63,396 nucleotides of DNA, filler included, from Olpidium bornovanus S191 (GCA_017911155.1; 30 parts of 30 records of this genome joined end to end with filler, not necessarily neighbours in it); one strand, 5' to 3'; numbered from the whole stretch's first letter, positions 1-13,054 are shown. Notes: generated by a model not told the origin, from the sequence alone. Translations and numbers: made by a program.

Positions 1-1189
1 CCGCCGCAACGCCAACCATTATGCCTATTTCTTTTTTTTTTTCGGGACGGTCGTTCGAAAAAATAATTCCCCGAAAACTCACAAACTGCTGCTCGGTGCT
101 CGGCCGCCGCGCTGTGCATGACCTGCCGATCGAGATCCGGCGGCGGCAAATTCAAGAGCACCAGGGCGGAGTCGCTCGAATGGTGCCGGATCTCCGCCTT
201 GAGGGCGGCTATCATTTTCGCGTGCTCGAAACTCGCTCGCGTCCGAGCGGCAGGCGTCGCTTTCCGTCGCCGCGGAGTTGGCCCCTCGCGTGCTGCGCAC
301 GTGAATGTGCATGTGCACATTAATGCAAAGAATTTGCACGGGCACGCAAACGCACAGAAAAAGAAAAATCCCGGCAAATGCGCGTAATCACGAATAACCC
401 GCGCGACGTCGCGGAAGTATTCCCAGTTTTCGGCCTACCTTCTGGCATGCTCGGCATGGCGAACTTGACGCGGCCCGATCCGCCGGGCTTCTGAAAATCG
501 CCGCTGGAATTCCCTGCGATTTGACCTTTCCCAAATTGCCCGGGCATCTCTCCCGGGAACGACGCGCCGCCCGCAGCAGCATTTGCGGGGGACGCCCGGC
601 GCTTCCGAAAAGTACGGTTAGCCTGGCGTCTATAATATACTTCTTCGCCGTCTTGTGTTCGCCCCAAAACGCTCCCGCTACCTGTTCAATTGGGCTGCCG
701 TCCGTCGGGAAAGCTCCCTCATTCGCCGACGGTGCGCGCTTGCGTGTCTGGAACAATGGCGACCTCAGGCTCGCGTCGGACGGCGAGGGAAACGCCGGCC
801 GCGGCTTGCTCTGCGTCACTTCGTAGGAAAACTCCCGGGAGAGCGCGTATTCCGGATCGGGGATTTCCGATGACGGCACTTCGCCGTCTCCGGGGGCCAA
901 AGACGCCTGCGCGAACCAGATCAGCAAAACCCGCCGCCGCCCGTTGCGCGCCTAAAAGAACGTTGGCTGACACTTGCCGGAGTGTACAACGGAAGTTGTA
1001 CGACGGTCACCAGAGTCACCTATCGGGGGGCGTATGAAACGTTACGACCCCGCGTGGAGTGGCGCAAACCAATCCACCTTCCGGCATTTTTTCCTTGCAC
1101 AAACGTACTCGTAGGCGAAGAAGCTCCAGGTGGTGTACTAAGGACCTTCTGATAGACTCGGGATCTTCGGACATCCGCGCCACCATGAA

Positions 1190-1289
1190 NNNNNNNNNNN
1201 NNNNNNNNNNNNNNNNNNNNNNNNNNNNNNNNNTTAATTAATTAANNNNNNNNNNNNNNNNNNNNNNNNNNNNNNNNNNNNNNNNNNNN
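1190..1289. other. Artificial contig-joining spacer (first of 29 identical 100-nt spacers)
   Basis: N44-TTAATTAATTAA-N44 recurs between all segments; the 12-mer puts a stop in all six frames. Confidence 0.98.
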
Positions 1290-2044
1290 CATGGCCAGGA
1301 GGGCGGGCTTGCGGCCTACGCACGGGGCGATTCTTGCGGTTGTGAACGCGCGCGACCCCTCCGCGCACCGCGTGGCCCCTTGCGCCTCGCGTCGGCTTCG
1401 GTTCTGCGTCTAGAAACGCGCCCGCCCCTTTCTCTTCAATTTTCCGGAGCACAGGCAAGACGTGTTGGGCGGACAGAGGGTTATTAGATACGGCGGCAGG
1501 GCAGGGTCCGATTCGGCGGGCGGCCCGACGGCCCGCCTGCTTGAGCATTTACAAGGAGTGCAAACATGCGCCGCAAAAATCCGACATTTCTCCGGCGCAC
1601 GGGCTCTCTAGCCGCGTTGTCCCCAGCAAAAGGGGGGAAAAAAAGCAAATTCAGCGCTCGCACTCCCCAAACCGTCGCCGTATATTCGTGTCTTGCACAC
1701 GAACAACCGGGCGTCGTCGTCAGGCCTTTTCCGGAAGGGCGCAGGTTCTCGGCCTTCACGCCCTGAAGTCGTCATTTGACGTAAAAACCACCTCCAAAGA
1801 AACCCAAAGCTCCCGGCTCGGTCTCCAAACCAACCCGGCCGCAGTCGCGGGGTCACCTTCGCGTTACGCTGCGATTCTACTGCGGGGATTGGGATCCGAA
1901 ATTAGAACGCCCGTGCGGGATGATCGACGATATTCCCTCGGCGGCCGGCGCGCTTTTTCCGCGGAGCGCGATCAACTGGACAACGTCGTGAGCTGCAAGT
2001 CACCACGAGCGATCAGCAGGCGCACAGGCGTAAGCGAAACGCAC

Positions 2045-2545
2045 CTTTTTTTTGACGCCGTACGCCGACCTGCCGGGCAACAGCTCGGATAATTCTGCCC
2101 AGTTGGAAGACTCCCTCTTCTCATCTAGATATTTCAAGAGAGTCTTGATCTCAGTCGATGTCCATTTCTTCCTCGCCTGAGTAATGCTTTTGTACTCCCC
2201 GATGGTTGGAACGCGAATCGGCGCGGTGCATCCACGTTTCTGAAGTCGGAAATACTAAAATTTTCTCAGCAAGCCCTAAAACAAACACGATCGGAAGTAA
2301 ACAACTGCACAAACCTTATGCACGCATGCTTTCGGACTTCGCCCAAGAGTTTTGCTGATGCGTAACCAATCAACTATCATGTGCTCAGAACGCAAAAGCA
2401 CAAGCTGCTTCATGTCCTCCTCATCCCACTTTCTCATGTGCTTGACCGGCAGCGGATCCGAATAACCTTCTCGCCCCGTCACCCGGCTGACATTCAAAGG
2501 CTCTTTGAAATGAAATGGGGTGCTTCGCAGAATGGATCTATGGCC
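2045..2545 (-). CDS. Myb/SANT-repeat DNA-binding protein, partial and spliced
   Basis: One exon encodes KWDEEDMKQLVLLRSEHMIVDWLRISKTLGRSPKAC. After a GT-AG intron (2314..2240), exon 2239..2045 encodes KWTSTEIKTLLKYLDEKRESSNWAELSELLPGRSAYGVKKK. Both show the W-x(18-20)-W Myb spacing and the frame is kept across the splice. Confidence 0.75.
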
Positions 2546-2657
2546 TGTTGAAACANNNNNNNNNNNNNNNNNNNNNNNNNNNNNNNNNNNNNNNNNNNNT
2601 TAATTAATTAANNNNNNNNNNNNNNNNNNNNNNNNNNNNNNNNNNNNNNNNNNNNCC

Positions 2658-2721
<64 letters not shown>

Positions 2722-2838
2722 CCCGCCCGGTTTCTGCGTTTCCAGCCGCCTCCCGCCTGCCCGCCCTTACCTCCCTCAATCGCGCGCGCCTTACTCCCAA
2801 AGGACAACAGCAACAACAGTAACAACAAAAAAAGACAA

Positions 2839-3333
2839 ATGAGGCTCTCCACCTCCGCCGCCGTCGCCGCCGTCGGCATCGCCGCCGCCGCGCTTTCGGT
2901 CGCGGCCGCCCCAGTCGCGGCGCCCGAACCCGCGCCCGGGTACGGCGGGTACGGCAAGAACCTCAAGAACGCCCGGCACAACAACGCCGCCGTGAAGAAG
3001 AACGCAAACGCGGCCGCAAAGAATAGCAAGTACGACAACCACGTGGCCGTGAACCAGGGGTGAGCGTTCTCGTTTTTTTTTTGCCGTCTTTCTTTTCGTC
3101 GCCCGCGCGGTGCCACTCTCCGCCGTGTCTTGCACACATCGAACTGACACCTGCACACCCTCCTCCCATTTCCCAGCTTCGCTTACAACCAGGTGAAAAA
3201 GGACACGCACGCAAAGGCCAACGCGGCGAAGAAAAACTTCGACCACGCGGCGATCAAGAACACCCAGAAGAAGTCCAATTACAACAACTTCGGCTATCCC
3301 GGCTACAAGGGAAAGGGCTACGGCGTCTGGTAG
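2839..3333 (+). CDS. Small secreted N/K/A/G/Y-rich protein, 125 aa, join(2839..3059,3177..3333)
   Basis: Signal peptide MRLSTSAAVAAVGIAAAALSVAAA, then PVAAPEPAPG. A phase-2 GTGAGC..CCCAG intron keeps the frame to ...GYPGYKGKGYGVW*. Third codon positions are strongly C/G. Confidence 0.85.
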
Positions 3334-4579
3334 ATCCCCCGCCGCCCGCTCCCCGCGGGGCGGGCGGAGCAGAAACTGAGAATCTCCCCACCCCTCCACC
3401 TCCCGACGAATGCTTAAACTTATTTTTTTTGGGCGAGGACAAAAATGCAGCTCCTTTTTGTATCGCTTTATTTTTCGGTCAAATTACTGGGTTCCAGTGA
3501 CACAAAGTCTGAATCCAGGGCCGCTTGTCATGTTTCTTTTATCTTGTCATGAGCGCAATCTCGCTCTTTCACTGTGTAATTTCGGCTGCACTAATTGCGG
3601 AGAAAAAACATTCTTTTATTATTGGTCATTGCGCGATCTTCGCGTTTTTTTTACCTGCATGAGATTACCGGAACAAAAAAAAAAGAAATTTTGCCGATTC
3701 GGACCTCAATTGCGTAGTTTTGCGCAACCAACGCGCTAAATGTGGACAAAAAGAAAATTGCGCCGATTCGGACTTCNNNNNNNNNNNNNNNNNNNNNNNN
3801 NNNNNNNNNNNNNNNNNNNNTTAATTAATTAANNNNNNNNNNNNNNNNNNNNNNNNNNNNNNNNNNNNNNNNNNNNCATGATCGCAAATATATTAATCCA
3901 AAGCGTAACCACCGTAGATCGGCTCCTGAACTTGTCAGAAAAAGGGAATGGAGCTCAATTCGTCGGCCGCCGCGCTTCGTGCCCCGGAAATTAATCCGAA
4001 AACAGCCGCAATCGCTTACTGACGGCGCGCCGTGCCGTGCGGTGCGGCCCGGTTTCATTTACGCACCGCCGCGAACCCGGACGTTCGACGGCCCGAGCCG
4101 TCTCGGGCATATCCCGCCAGGCATCGGAGACGGCTTGCCTTGCCGGCTGATCACGCAACTTTTGACGAACGGCAAAATCGCGCGTGCGTTATAAACCACC
4201 GGCAGAAAGCGGCGGGGAGAAAAGGCGCAGTGACCGACGGCCTTAAGAAAAGCGGTGGAGGTCGCCGTTGGGGTTTGTGATACAGACGGGGAGGGGGTGG
4301 GGACGCGGGGGCAGGTGCGACGTCAGTCAGCCGCGCGGGGATTTTTCGAAAAGGTCCGCCCTTCGCTTTTACCAGATGCCCTCTCGTTTCAAGCGACGCG
4401 GTTCACGCGGGCTTTCTGGATGACCGCTGGCCGCTGCGTGCCTCGTAATTTCTTGGAGCGCTACCTCCTGCGCCGGGTTTGCCTCGCTCTCGCAGATGTG
4501 ACGCCGTGGGGGAGGTAAAGGAAAAAGGGGGTGAAGAAGGGCGGGGTAAGGGCGGCTTTGATGTGCAAAACGTGTGCCC

Positions 4580-4675
4580 TCCGCACACACGCACACACGC
4601 CCTCCGCACACACTCCCACACGCCCTCCGCACACACGCGCACACTGTACACACTCACCACACACACACACGCACA
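4580..4675. repeat. Degenerate (CA)n/(CACG)n microsatellite
   Basis: Runs of acacac/gcacac. Confidence 0.7.
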
Positions 4676-4979
4676 CATCCCATCCCCGAGCAAGAACGAA
4701 CTGAGTTAGGTGGGAAGTTTTTTTTTTTTTTTTTTTACTGCGGTAAGGGCGTTTAGGCACAAGATGTGCCCTGATTTTGTCACCTCGCGGCTCCAGTCAG
4801 ATACACCAGACCAGGACGGCCTTGGGGTCATTTTAAACCGCTTCGGCCGATTGGCTCTTCTCCAGTCTGATGTGGTTGCTCTCCGGTGTTTCTTGGGCAC
4901 CGTGGCTGTAAGCCGAAGGTGATCCTCCATTTTACGACTAGATCTCAGACGGTTAAATTAGCTTGATGTGCGCGTGACT

Positions 4980-4988
4980 TCACGTGAC
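4980..4988. promoter_or_regulatory. TCACGTGAC extended E-box (Cbf1/USF-type)
   Basis: Sequence TTCACGTGACC; function is inferred. Confidence 0.3.
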
Positions 4989-5899
4989 CTGGTGCGGTTA
5001 GACAGAAAGCCCGGTGTCACAGTTCAGGAATGTGTTCGGAACCCCAAAGCCGGCACAGGGTAGCGCGTCATTCCTAAAAGCCCAAAAGACAGAGACAATG
5101 CGGCACAGAAACGCCGATCCCTCTGCAGAGCGCAGTCTTCTTAGGCGTCATCTGGTAGCAACGCCTACTTTTGGCTTGCTGAATGCATTTAAAAAGGCTC
5201 AGGAACGAAAGAAACCAAGAGCCACGCTGTAGCAGTTCTTCAGAGCGAAGACTCCCGCGGGCGTAAAATTCTCTGTCGTGTCCCCTGTCAAAACCACATG
5301 CTGTCGCAGATCCGCAAAGAGGGCTTCCGCAGGTGTTGAGGCACCTCATCCCGAACAGTTCACAGCTAAGAAGAAATTTGAAATCTCGAAGAGCGAAATT
5401 GCTGCAAAAGGACAGGTCCCTGTGTATTGCCCGGCGCATCTGGTCTTACGGCACAGTCCTCTGGCAAACAAAGAGCCAAGAACTCCGCGCCCTGAAGCCA
5501 TCATCTAAAGCGCTTAACTTTGATCAAACATTGTGTGATTGCCACACAAAAGGAAGAGGAACCTGTGGGAAACCAAACTGAAATGGACCGGCCACGAAGA
5601 TTTCCAGGTAGACTGCCTGGGGGAGACAGATCGCAATTAACATCAGGGCAGGGTGACCTGTGAGTGACCAAACCCAAGGGTATTGCGTAAAGCTTGATTC
5701 AGGGCGAAAGCAAAGCTGAAGCTGAAAACAAAAAAGCCCGGACTTCTTATCATGGNNNNNNNNNNNNNNNNNNNNNNNNNNNNNNNNNNNNNNNNNNNNT
5801 TAATTAATTAANNNNNNNNNNNNNNNNNNNNNNNNNNNNNNNNNNNNNNNNNNNNCGCCCCCCCCCCCCCCCCCCCCCCCCCCCCCGCCGGCCCCCCCC

Positions 5900-5930
<31 letters not shown>

Positions 5931-5931
5931 T

Positions 5932-5974
<43 letters not shown>

Positions 5975-6002
5975 CTGTCTGCCCGACCTGGCGGCGAGGC
6001 GA

Positions 6003-9000
6003 TCATCAACCCTGGCTCCCGCCCCGGGCGCCTTTGCTGCGTCTCCCGCGCGCCTCGTCTCGACCGATGGCCTCGTCTCGCTGCTGCTGTCGGTGGCGAG
6101 CGACGCGGCCGTCGTCTCGTCGAAGCTCGACGACGGCGGGGACTTTCTCGCCGCGGTCGCGGAGATCAAAAACTCGGTGCTCGAGCGCAGGGCCGACATG
6201 ACCCGCATAACGGCGGACTGCGGCGGCGGCGGCGGCGGGCACCACCGCCCTTACGATCACCACGGCCGCGCGGACGGCGGCCCGGCCGCCGCGGCCGACG
6301 TCGTGAGGCACATGGAAATCCTCCACGCGAAGCTCTTCGTGTTGGACGAGAAGATCAAGAGGTCCGGCCTCTCACCCACATCCAATTTCCCCACCCCCAC
6401 GCATCCCTGCGAACGGAGGATTTCCCGAGGGTTACTTTCCTTTGACCGGCAATTTCCCCCCTCCTCCTTTCATTCCCTCCACCTCCCGTAATCCGGGCGT
6501 TTGATCCCACCGCAGCATTCTCAAGATCACGTTTGTCACATCGGCGGGAAGGCGGAGAAAGCTGGAAAGGAAAATGAAAGGACTACGAGAAGCGTGGAGC
6601 AACCTGGTGAGCACCTGTGCCTCCCAAGTGTTCGCGGACACACTGCTGAAACCCCCCCCCCCGGCGGGGACCCCTGAATGCTCGTGCAGGACGCCATCGA
6701 CCTTTCGCGCTAACCCGCCAAGGGTAAATTCCTCCGGTTTGATTGTTCTTATTCGTGGTCTTTTCACCGCACGGGGCGCAAATCCGCTTGAGGCGCCCAG
6801 ATGATGGCCTTGACGCACGCGCTCGCACTGGAGTCCGCGAGGCGGGCGACCCTGGCGACGGAAGACGTCGCGAAGCTGGCGCTGGCGTCGGGCCACCCCG
6901 ACTGGTCGCTCTTCGAGGCCACGAGCTCGGCGGAGCAGATCTTCGCGCAGGCGGAGCGGCGGCTGCTGGGGCTCGGCTGCCCGCGGGCGCCCGACGTCGC
7001 CTTCCGCCTTTTCCTCGCCGCGGCGAAGGAGGGCCTGCCGGAGGCGTGCGTCATGGTCGCCAGCATGTACGAGCGCGGCGTCGGCAGGCCCGCGGACATG
7101 AGCACCGCGATGTACTGGTACCGGGAGGCCGCCCAGAGAGGCAGCCCCGAAGCCTGGAACCACCTCGGCCGGATATACGAGCGCGGGAAGGGCGTGCCGC
7201 CGGACTACCAGAAGGCCGCCGAATGTTACCTCCGCGCGTCGGAAGGCCGGGATCTGGACGCCATGACGAACCTGGGTAGGTCTCCTCCGCGGCGGTATTA
7301 GTAAAACACGCTCGATTGAGATCTCGCATTTTCGTCTGTGGTCGGGATGATTTTTTTTTTCCTGACCAGAATCAAGCGAATTGGTCTTTTTCCCCCTTCC
7401 CTTCCCCGGCCCCCCCGTTTCCCCCGCAGGGTATATGCTTGAGCTCGGCATCGGACGTCCGGCAGATCCCCAGAAGGCGGCCGGGTGGTATCGGCTGGCC
7501 GCAGAGGAAGGGTACGCCAGAGCGCAAAACTGCCTCGGAGCGCTGTACTACTACGGACGCGGCGTGCCGAAGGACCCGGCCGAGGCGGTCGTGTGGTGGA
7601 GAAAGGCGGCTGACCAGGTAGGTCAGACGAGATGTTCCTCCCCACGCGGCGTTGTTCCGCCCCTGGAGGCCAGCCGTTTTTTTTTTGTTTGTTTGTTTGT
7701 TTTCTGCCGAAATGACCGTGGGCGCCCCGGGCAGTTCGCCCGCCGGCCAACCTCTCAACCTTCCCGCGCCCTCCTCCCGCCCCCCTCTTCTTGCAATCCC
7801 GCCTCAAGGGAAATCACCATGCGCAGAACAACTTGGGCATCTGCTACGAGGAAGGAACCGGAGTCGTCAAGGATTATGTGCTCGCGAAGCTGATGTATCA
7901 GGCGGCCAAGGACGGAGGGCACGCCAGCGCGACGAACAACCTGGGCTATCTCCTGTGGCTCGAGGGGCCGTGAGAAAATACCCTCCCCCCCCGAGTTCAA
8001 ACCTGGCTTCCCCCGCGAGGTTCGCGGCTTGACGGGAGACTGTTTTTTCCGCAATTTCTCGCGCGCGTGCTCCCCATTTACCCGTCGCCGCGCCCCAGCA
8101 CAACCACGCGGAGGCGTTCAAGCTTTTCAACCTGGCGATGTCGCTCGGATCCGTCGACGCGATATACAACCTCGGGTCGATGTACGACACAGGGTGCCAC
8201 GCCGGCCCGGACTCGGCCCGTGAGCCGGAGGTGGCCGTCCGGTACTTCCTCGAGGCCGCCCGGAAGGGCCTGTTCAAAGCGGTCCTGCGGGCGGGGACGA
8301 TGCTGACGACGGGCGACGGCTGCGAGCAGAACCCTGCGGCGGCGCATGCGCTGTACAGGCCAGGGGCCGAAAAGGTGTGTGTGTACGGGGAACGGGAAAG
8401 GGGAATGGGGCGGGGTGGATCTCAGCAGCGAGAGGAGCCGTGAGCGCTGCGTACGAAAAAAGGGTTCCTCCAGTGATGCGCGCGGAAATCGGAGGACGAC
8501 TCGCGCGCCACGCCGCTCACGCGGGAGATCTCTTGCCCGTCTTTTTTGCCAGGGCGACCCGGCGTGTCAAAACGCGATCGGAGAACTGTTTGAGCTTGGC
8601 CTCGGCACCAAACAGGACCTGAAAGAAGCGAGGCGGTGGTACTCCCGGGCCGCGGCCGGAAACGATCCCAAGGGCGCGTTCAACCTCGGGGCGCTGTACG
8701 AAACGGGATCCGGCGTCGAGCGGAACCTAGACCGAGCCGTCGGATTGTACTTGAAGGTCAGGGAGTGGGTCGCGGGGGCGGCGGACGAAGTCGGGCTTTC
8801 CCCTTTTTGTTGTTGGCCGTGTTGTTTTGTGACCACGTAATCGAACGGCAGCACAGGATCTGGCCAGAAATTTTGCAAACCTCTGAGTAGAGTCTCTCTC
8901 TTTTTCTCTTTCTATCGCGCCCGCTCGCTCGCTCTCGTAAGGCCGCGGAAGGAGGAAACGAAGACGCAAAGCAGCGGCTGCAGGCGCTGCAGAAGTACGC

Positions 9001-9208
9001 GGCCTCGACGCGAACGTCCTCTGCCCGTTCGCGGAAGAAGTCGGCCGTCGCGCCGGCGACACCGGGGCCAAAAAGCCGGGCGCGAGAAGACGCGCTCGGG
9101 ACGATTCCAAACGCGTTCGACTTAGACACGGACGAAGAAGACGTCGAGGCGGCCGCGGCGACGAAGGAAACACACCGGAAGCGCTCGACGATCTCGGTGG
9201 CCGACTAG
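6003..9208 (+). CDS. Sel1-like repeat (SLR) protein, multi-exon, 5' partial
   Basis: About 9-10 SLR motifs across GT-AG exons, e.g. AWNHLGRIYERGKGVPPDYQKAAECY, AQNCLGALYYYGRGVPKDPAEAVVWW, AQNNLGICYEEGTGVVKD, AFNLGALYETGSGVERNLDRAVGLY. The last exon ends ...STISVAD* at 9208. Confidence 0.9.
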
Positions 9209-9544
9209 GAGTGCCGCCCGCCCCCCTTTCTTCCACGCCCCCCCTGCCCGTCGGGATTCGCGTTTTTGCCTGCCGGTGTTCAGAAACGATTTATTTTTTT
9301 TTTTTCCGGGGGGTTCAGGAACGCGAACTTTTTCCGTGCTGTTTGTTCGTGTCTATATTTTACAAAAACATCCTGCAACCCGCACACGCATATTGCAACG
9401 GTTTTGTCCCGTGATCACCGCAAAAAAACGAGGAGCTTGAAAAGAAAGAACGAAACCAGAACACTTCTTCATTTTGTCCTGCACGCAAGGCTGCCGAAGT
9501 CCTAAGGATGCGGGACTCCTCCTCCTTCTCCTCCGTCTCATCTT

Positions 9545-9630
9545 TCGCTCTCTCTCTCTCTCTCCTTCTCCGTCTCCTTTCTCTCGTCTCTCTCTCGTCT
9601 CTCTCTCGTCTTTCTCTCTCTCTCTGTCTC
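9545..9630. repeat. (CT)n microsatellite
   Basis: ctctct runs interrupted by cgt. Confidence 0.7.
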
Positions 9631-9721
9631 CGTGTGTGTGTGATGAATGAATAAAGCAGAGAGGGAAGAAAAAGAACCAGAGAAAAGTGACAGAAGAGCT
9701 TCCCGCGAGTCTCTCGCTCAA

Positions 9722-9811
<90 letters not shown>

Positions 9812-10048
9812 ACCCCGCCCCGCCCCGGCGNNNNNNNNNNNNNNNNNNNNNNNNNNNNNNNNNNNNNNNNNNNNTTAATTAATTAANNNNNNNNNNNNNN
9901 NNNNNNNNNNNNNNNNNNNNNNNNNNNNNNAGGCGGGGGAGGGGGGGGGGGTTTTCCCCTCTTCCAGGTTTTGATTGCGCGTAACCCTCTCCGTTTTGGC
10001 CGCAACCTAATCCCGCTTCCCTGCTCTCCCCCTTCCCCCCCCCCCCCT

Positions 10049-10084
<36 letters not shown>

Positions 10085-10089
10085 CCCCC

Positions 10090-10138
<49 letters not shown>

Positions 10139-10196
10139 CCTTTTACGCCTCCGCTTCTGCGCCCGTCCCGCTTCCCCTCTCCCGGACTTCCGACAG

Positions 10197-10339
10197 AGTA
10201 TGCGATCAACAGGTAAAAAAAAGAAGACGCTTTCCGGGGCTTTTGTCCGAGAACAGGACTTGCCTTACCCCCACACTCTCGCGGCCCCTGGAGAATCACG
10301 CACACGCACACGCACACTCGCCGCCGCCGCCGCTTCTCT

Positions 10340-10375
<36 letters not shown>

Positions 10376-11426
10376 CGCGGGTCGTGTAATTCCTTTTCCG
10401 GGCTTTTTTTTTCCCCACCCGGGTCCGGAAAGCATTCTCTTCCAGCGGGGCGTGTACCCGGCGGACGATTTCCGCATCGCCAAGGCGTACGGGACAAACG
10501 TGCTCGTGACGACGGACGAGAACTTGATTGCGTACCTCAGAAGGTTGTGCACGCACCTCGAAAGTACGCGTTGGCGGGGCGACGTGGCTCCGCCTCCCCC
10601 CGCCCCCACCCCTTCCCCCGTCGCTGTCGGCCCGGTTGAGCGGGGTTGTTCGAAGTCGAAGGCCTCTTCATCAACCCAACGCTCTCGTCCCATTGACCCC
10701 CCCCCGCCCCAATTTGCGCGCACCGGGGAAAACAGAGTGGGTGCTGGCCGGCAAAATCACCAAGATGGTTATGGTGATCAAGTCGCGCGACACCTGCGAA
10801 CCCGTCGAACGGTGGCAGTTTGACATCCAGCGCGAGGACGGAGACTCGGAGAGCCGCGAAGACAAGAAGGGGTAGGAGCGGGAAAGTTTCGATTCGCCCT
10901 CCCCAAGCCAATCGATTCGTATCGCGTTTTTCGCTCTCCAAGCCGGACAACGACGGCTTTTCCGTTCGAGTCGCGCTGGTGGTCTCATCTCTCTCTCTCT
11001 TTTTTTTTTTTTTTTTTGTTTTTTTTCACACGCAGCAGAGGACCGAAAACAGAAAAGGAAATCCAAGCCGAGATAGGCCAGCTGATGCGGCAGATCACGT
11101 CTTGCGTCACCTTCCTGCCCAGCTCGAAAAGCAACTGTGAGCCCGCGCGCCTTTTCGTCGACTCGTCGACCCGGTCGAAAAAGGCCTGTTCTCGGACGTC
11201 GCGGTGCCCGCCCGGCTGACGCACCCCCCTCTGCGCCGCGCGCGCGACTTTTACAGGCACGTTCAACGTCCTCGTGTACGCGGAAAAGGATGTCGAGGTC
11301 AGCGCGGACTGGGCCGATTCGGAACCCCACGTGCTCAAGAACTGCCAGCAGGTCAAGCTGCGGTCCTTCTCCACCTCGGTGCACAAAGTCGAAGGGATGG
11401 TCGCGTACGTCCCGGAGTCCGAATAA
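10197..11426 (+). CDS. MAD2: Spindle checkpoint HORMA protein Mad2, 5' partial
   Basis: Spliced exons give EYAINS-ILFQRGVYPADDF...VERWQFDI...IGQLMRQITSCVTFLP...TFNVLVYAEKD...WADSEPH...VKLRSFSTSVHKVEGMVAY, all hallmark Mad2 motifs. Confidence 0.95.
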
Positions 11427-11617
11427 AGAAAGCACGAAAAATAGACCGTAAAAAGAAAAAAAAAAAAAAGTAAAATAAAAAACACCCATCGCGCAGGTTC
11501 ATTCTAAACGACTAGCGCCACGCGCCCCTCGCAGGCGGCGACCGCTTCGGGCGGCGCGCGCGAAGGGACATGACGCGGACACCGCCCGGGGCGCGCCTGC
11601 CTGATGCGGCCAGCCAG

Positions 11618-11650
11618 TAACCCTAACCCTAACCCTAACCCTAACCCTAA
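11618..11650. repeat. Interstitial telomeric tract (TAACCC)5.5
   Basis: taaccc x5 plus taa, with unique sequence on both sides. Confidence 0.9.
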
Positions 11651-13054
11651 GCCCACCCAGTTCCCCGTGTTGTCAGCGGAAAACGTTTATCACCAGAACC
11701 ATGAAGGGGTTGTCGTAAGTTGAAACGAGGNNNNNNNNNNNNNNNNNNNNNNNNNNNNNNNNNNNNNNNNNNNNTTAATTAATTAANNNNNNNNNNNNNN
11801 NNNNNNNNNNNNNNNNNNNNNNNNNNNNNNCGAAGGCACTTAAACATATTCGATAGAAAACTTAAACCAGCGCCGCTAGCTGGTCAGGCAAAAGTTTTTA
11901 AGTGCTATCAATAATATACCTGTGGTATTGGTGGCAATGCCGGCGCATGTTGGCCGGAAAAAAAATCTACTCTGCTTTGGCGGACACTGGGAATTGCCAA
12001 CAGGGGGCAAAAAAACGACGGCCTGTCGCAGAAAGCGTGGGGCGACTCCGCGAAACGGGGATGTCGGAAGGAGAGGGAGTTTCGCCAAGGATTTTTTTTG
12101 CGGGGTCCATTTTCGAGCGGAGTTATAAACGCGGGAAGGAGAAAGGGAGAGAGAAATCAGCGGGCGCGCGTCTTGTCGAGAGAAGCCCCGCGGAGTTCGG
12201 TTGCATTGGAAACGGGGGGGGAAGGGACAGGCTATTTTGGGCGTGTCGCGCACAAGGTCGGAAATTGGCACGATGGGTCCAGGGTGTAACCAAAAACGCG
12301 CGATCTCGGGGCCATAGCAACGAACACCCCCCCCCACCCCCCCACCCCCCCACCAAGCGAATACGCACACCTCGCCAACGCAAATTTTTCCTAGAGGAAC
12401 GAGTCACGTTGACTGGTCCCCGACCAGCCAGATTCTTGTCCTGAGGGAGGAAAATGTGGTGATGGTGGTGGGGGGATAGGCCGACTGCACGGCGGATCCG
12501 AAACGCAAACGCCTCCTCCCTCCATCTCCGCCTTAAGCCCGGAGCATTATACTTAGTGATACGAATACGGGAAATCCACTCAAAAGGGAGACTTCAGTTT
12601 CGATCAAATTTTCTCATGAAAGGCTAGAACCGAGCGGTTTAGAAACTGTACCTCTGAGCGTAGTCATCAACGGCCCGTCCACGCAGACCGTGGGGCAAAG
12701 GCAGCGCTTGGCTCTTATACCCTCGACATACGCCGTACTGCACCGGCGCCTTCCAAAAAACGCCCATCCCCCCGATCCCCCCCCCCCTACCCCGCTCCTT
12801 CCTTGAAAGCATAAACCTTCCCAGTAGACGTACACCGGTCAGAGGTCTCATACTAAGCCCGCTGACCGAACACGGCACATTCTAGTGGGGGCGGGAGCAA
12901 TCGTTGCGAAACAGCGCAATATGGCTTTGGTTGATTTGATTTGCAACGAAGATTCTTCCTATCTGCATATGAAAGAAATGCTCGCGGCAACGGACTCCCC
13001 CGTTCGACGGCAAGCGGAAAGAAAAGCAATGTCCCTCCCTCAAACATTTGGACC

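Noticed and set aside
388-1186. Possible spliced minus-strand gene with EYALSREFSYEV resembling Paf1
   Set aside because: Flanking residues do not match and the exon chain could not be closed.
5014-5232. SQFRNVFG resembling a coronin N-terminus
   Set aside because: Similarity is limited to about 8 residues, with no WD40 continuation.
2656-9830. Long poly-C/poly-G and poly-T/A runs and the poly-Pro/Gly/Lys/Phe ORFs they create (also at 35879-36840, 42690-42760, 53189-53330)
   Set aside because: They are concentrated at contig edges and likely length-inflated by sequencing or assembly; the ORFs are low-complexity artefacts.
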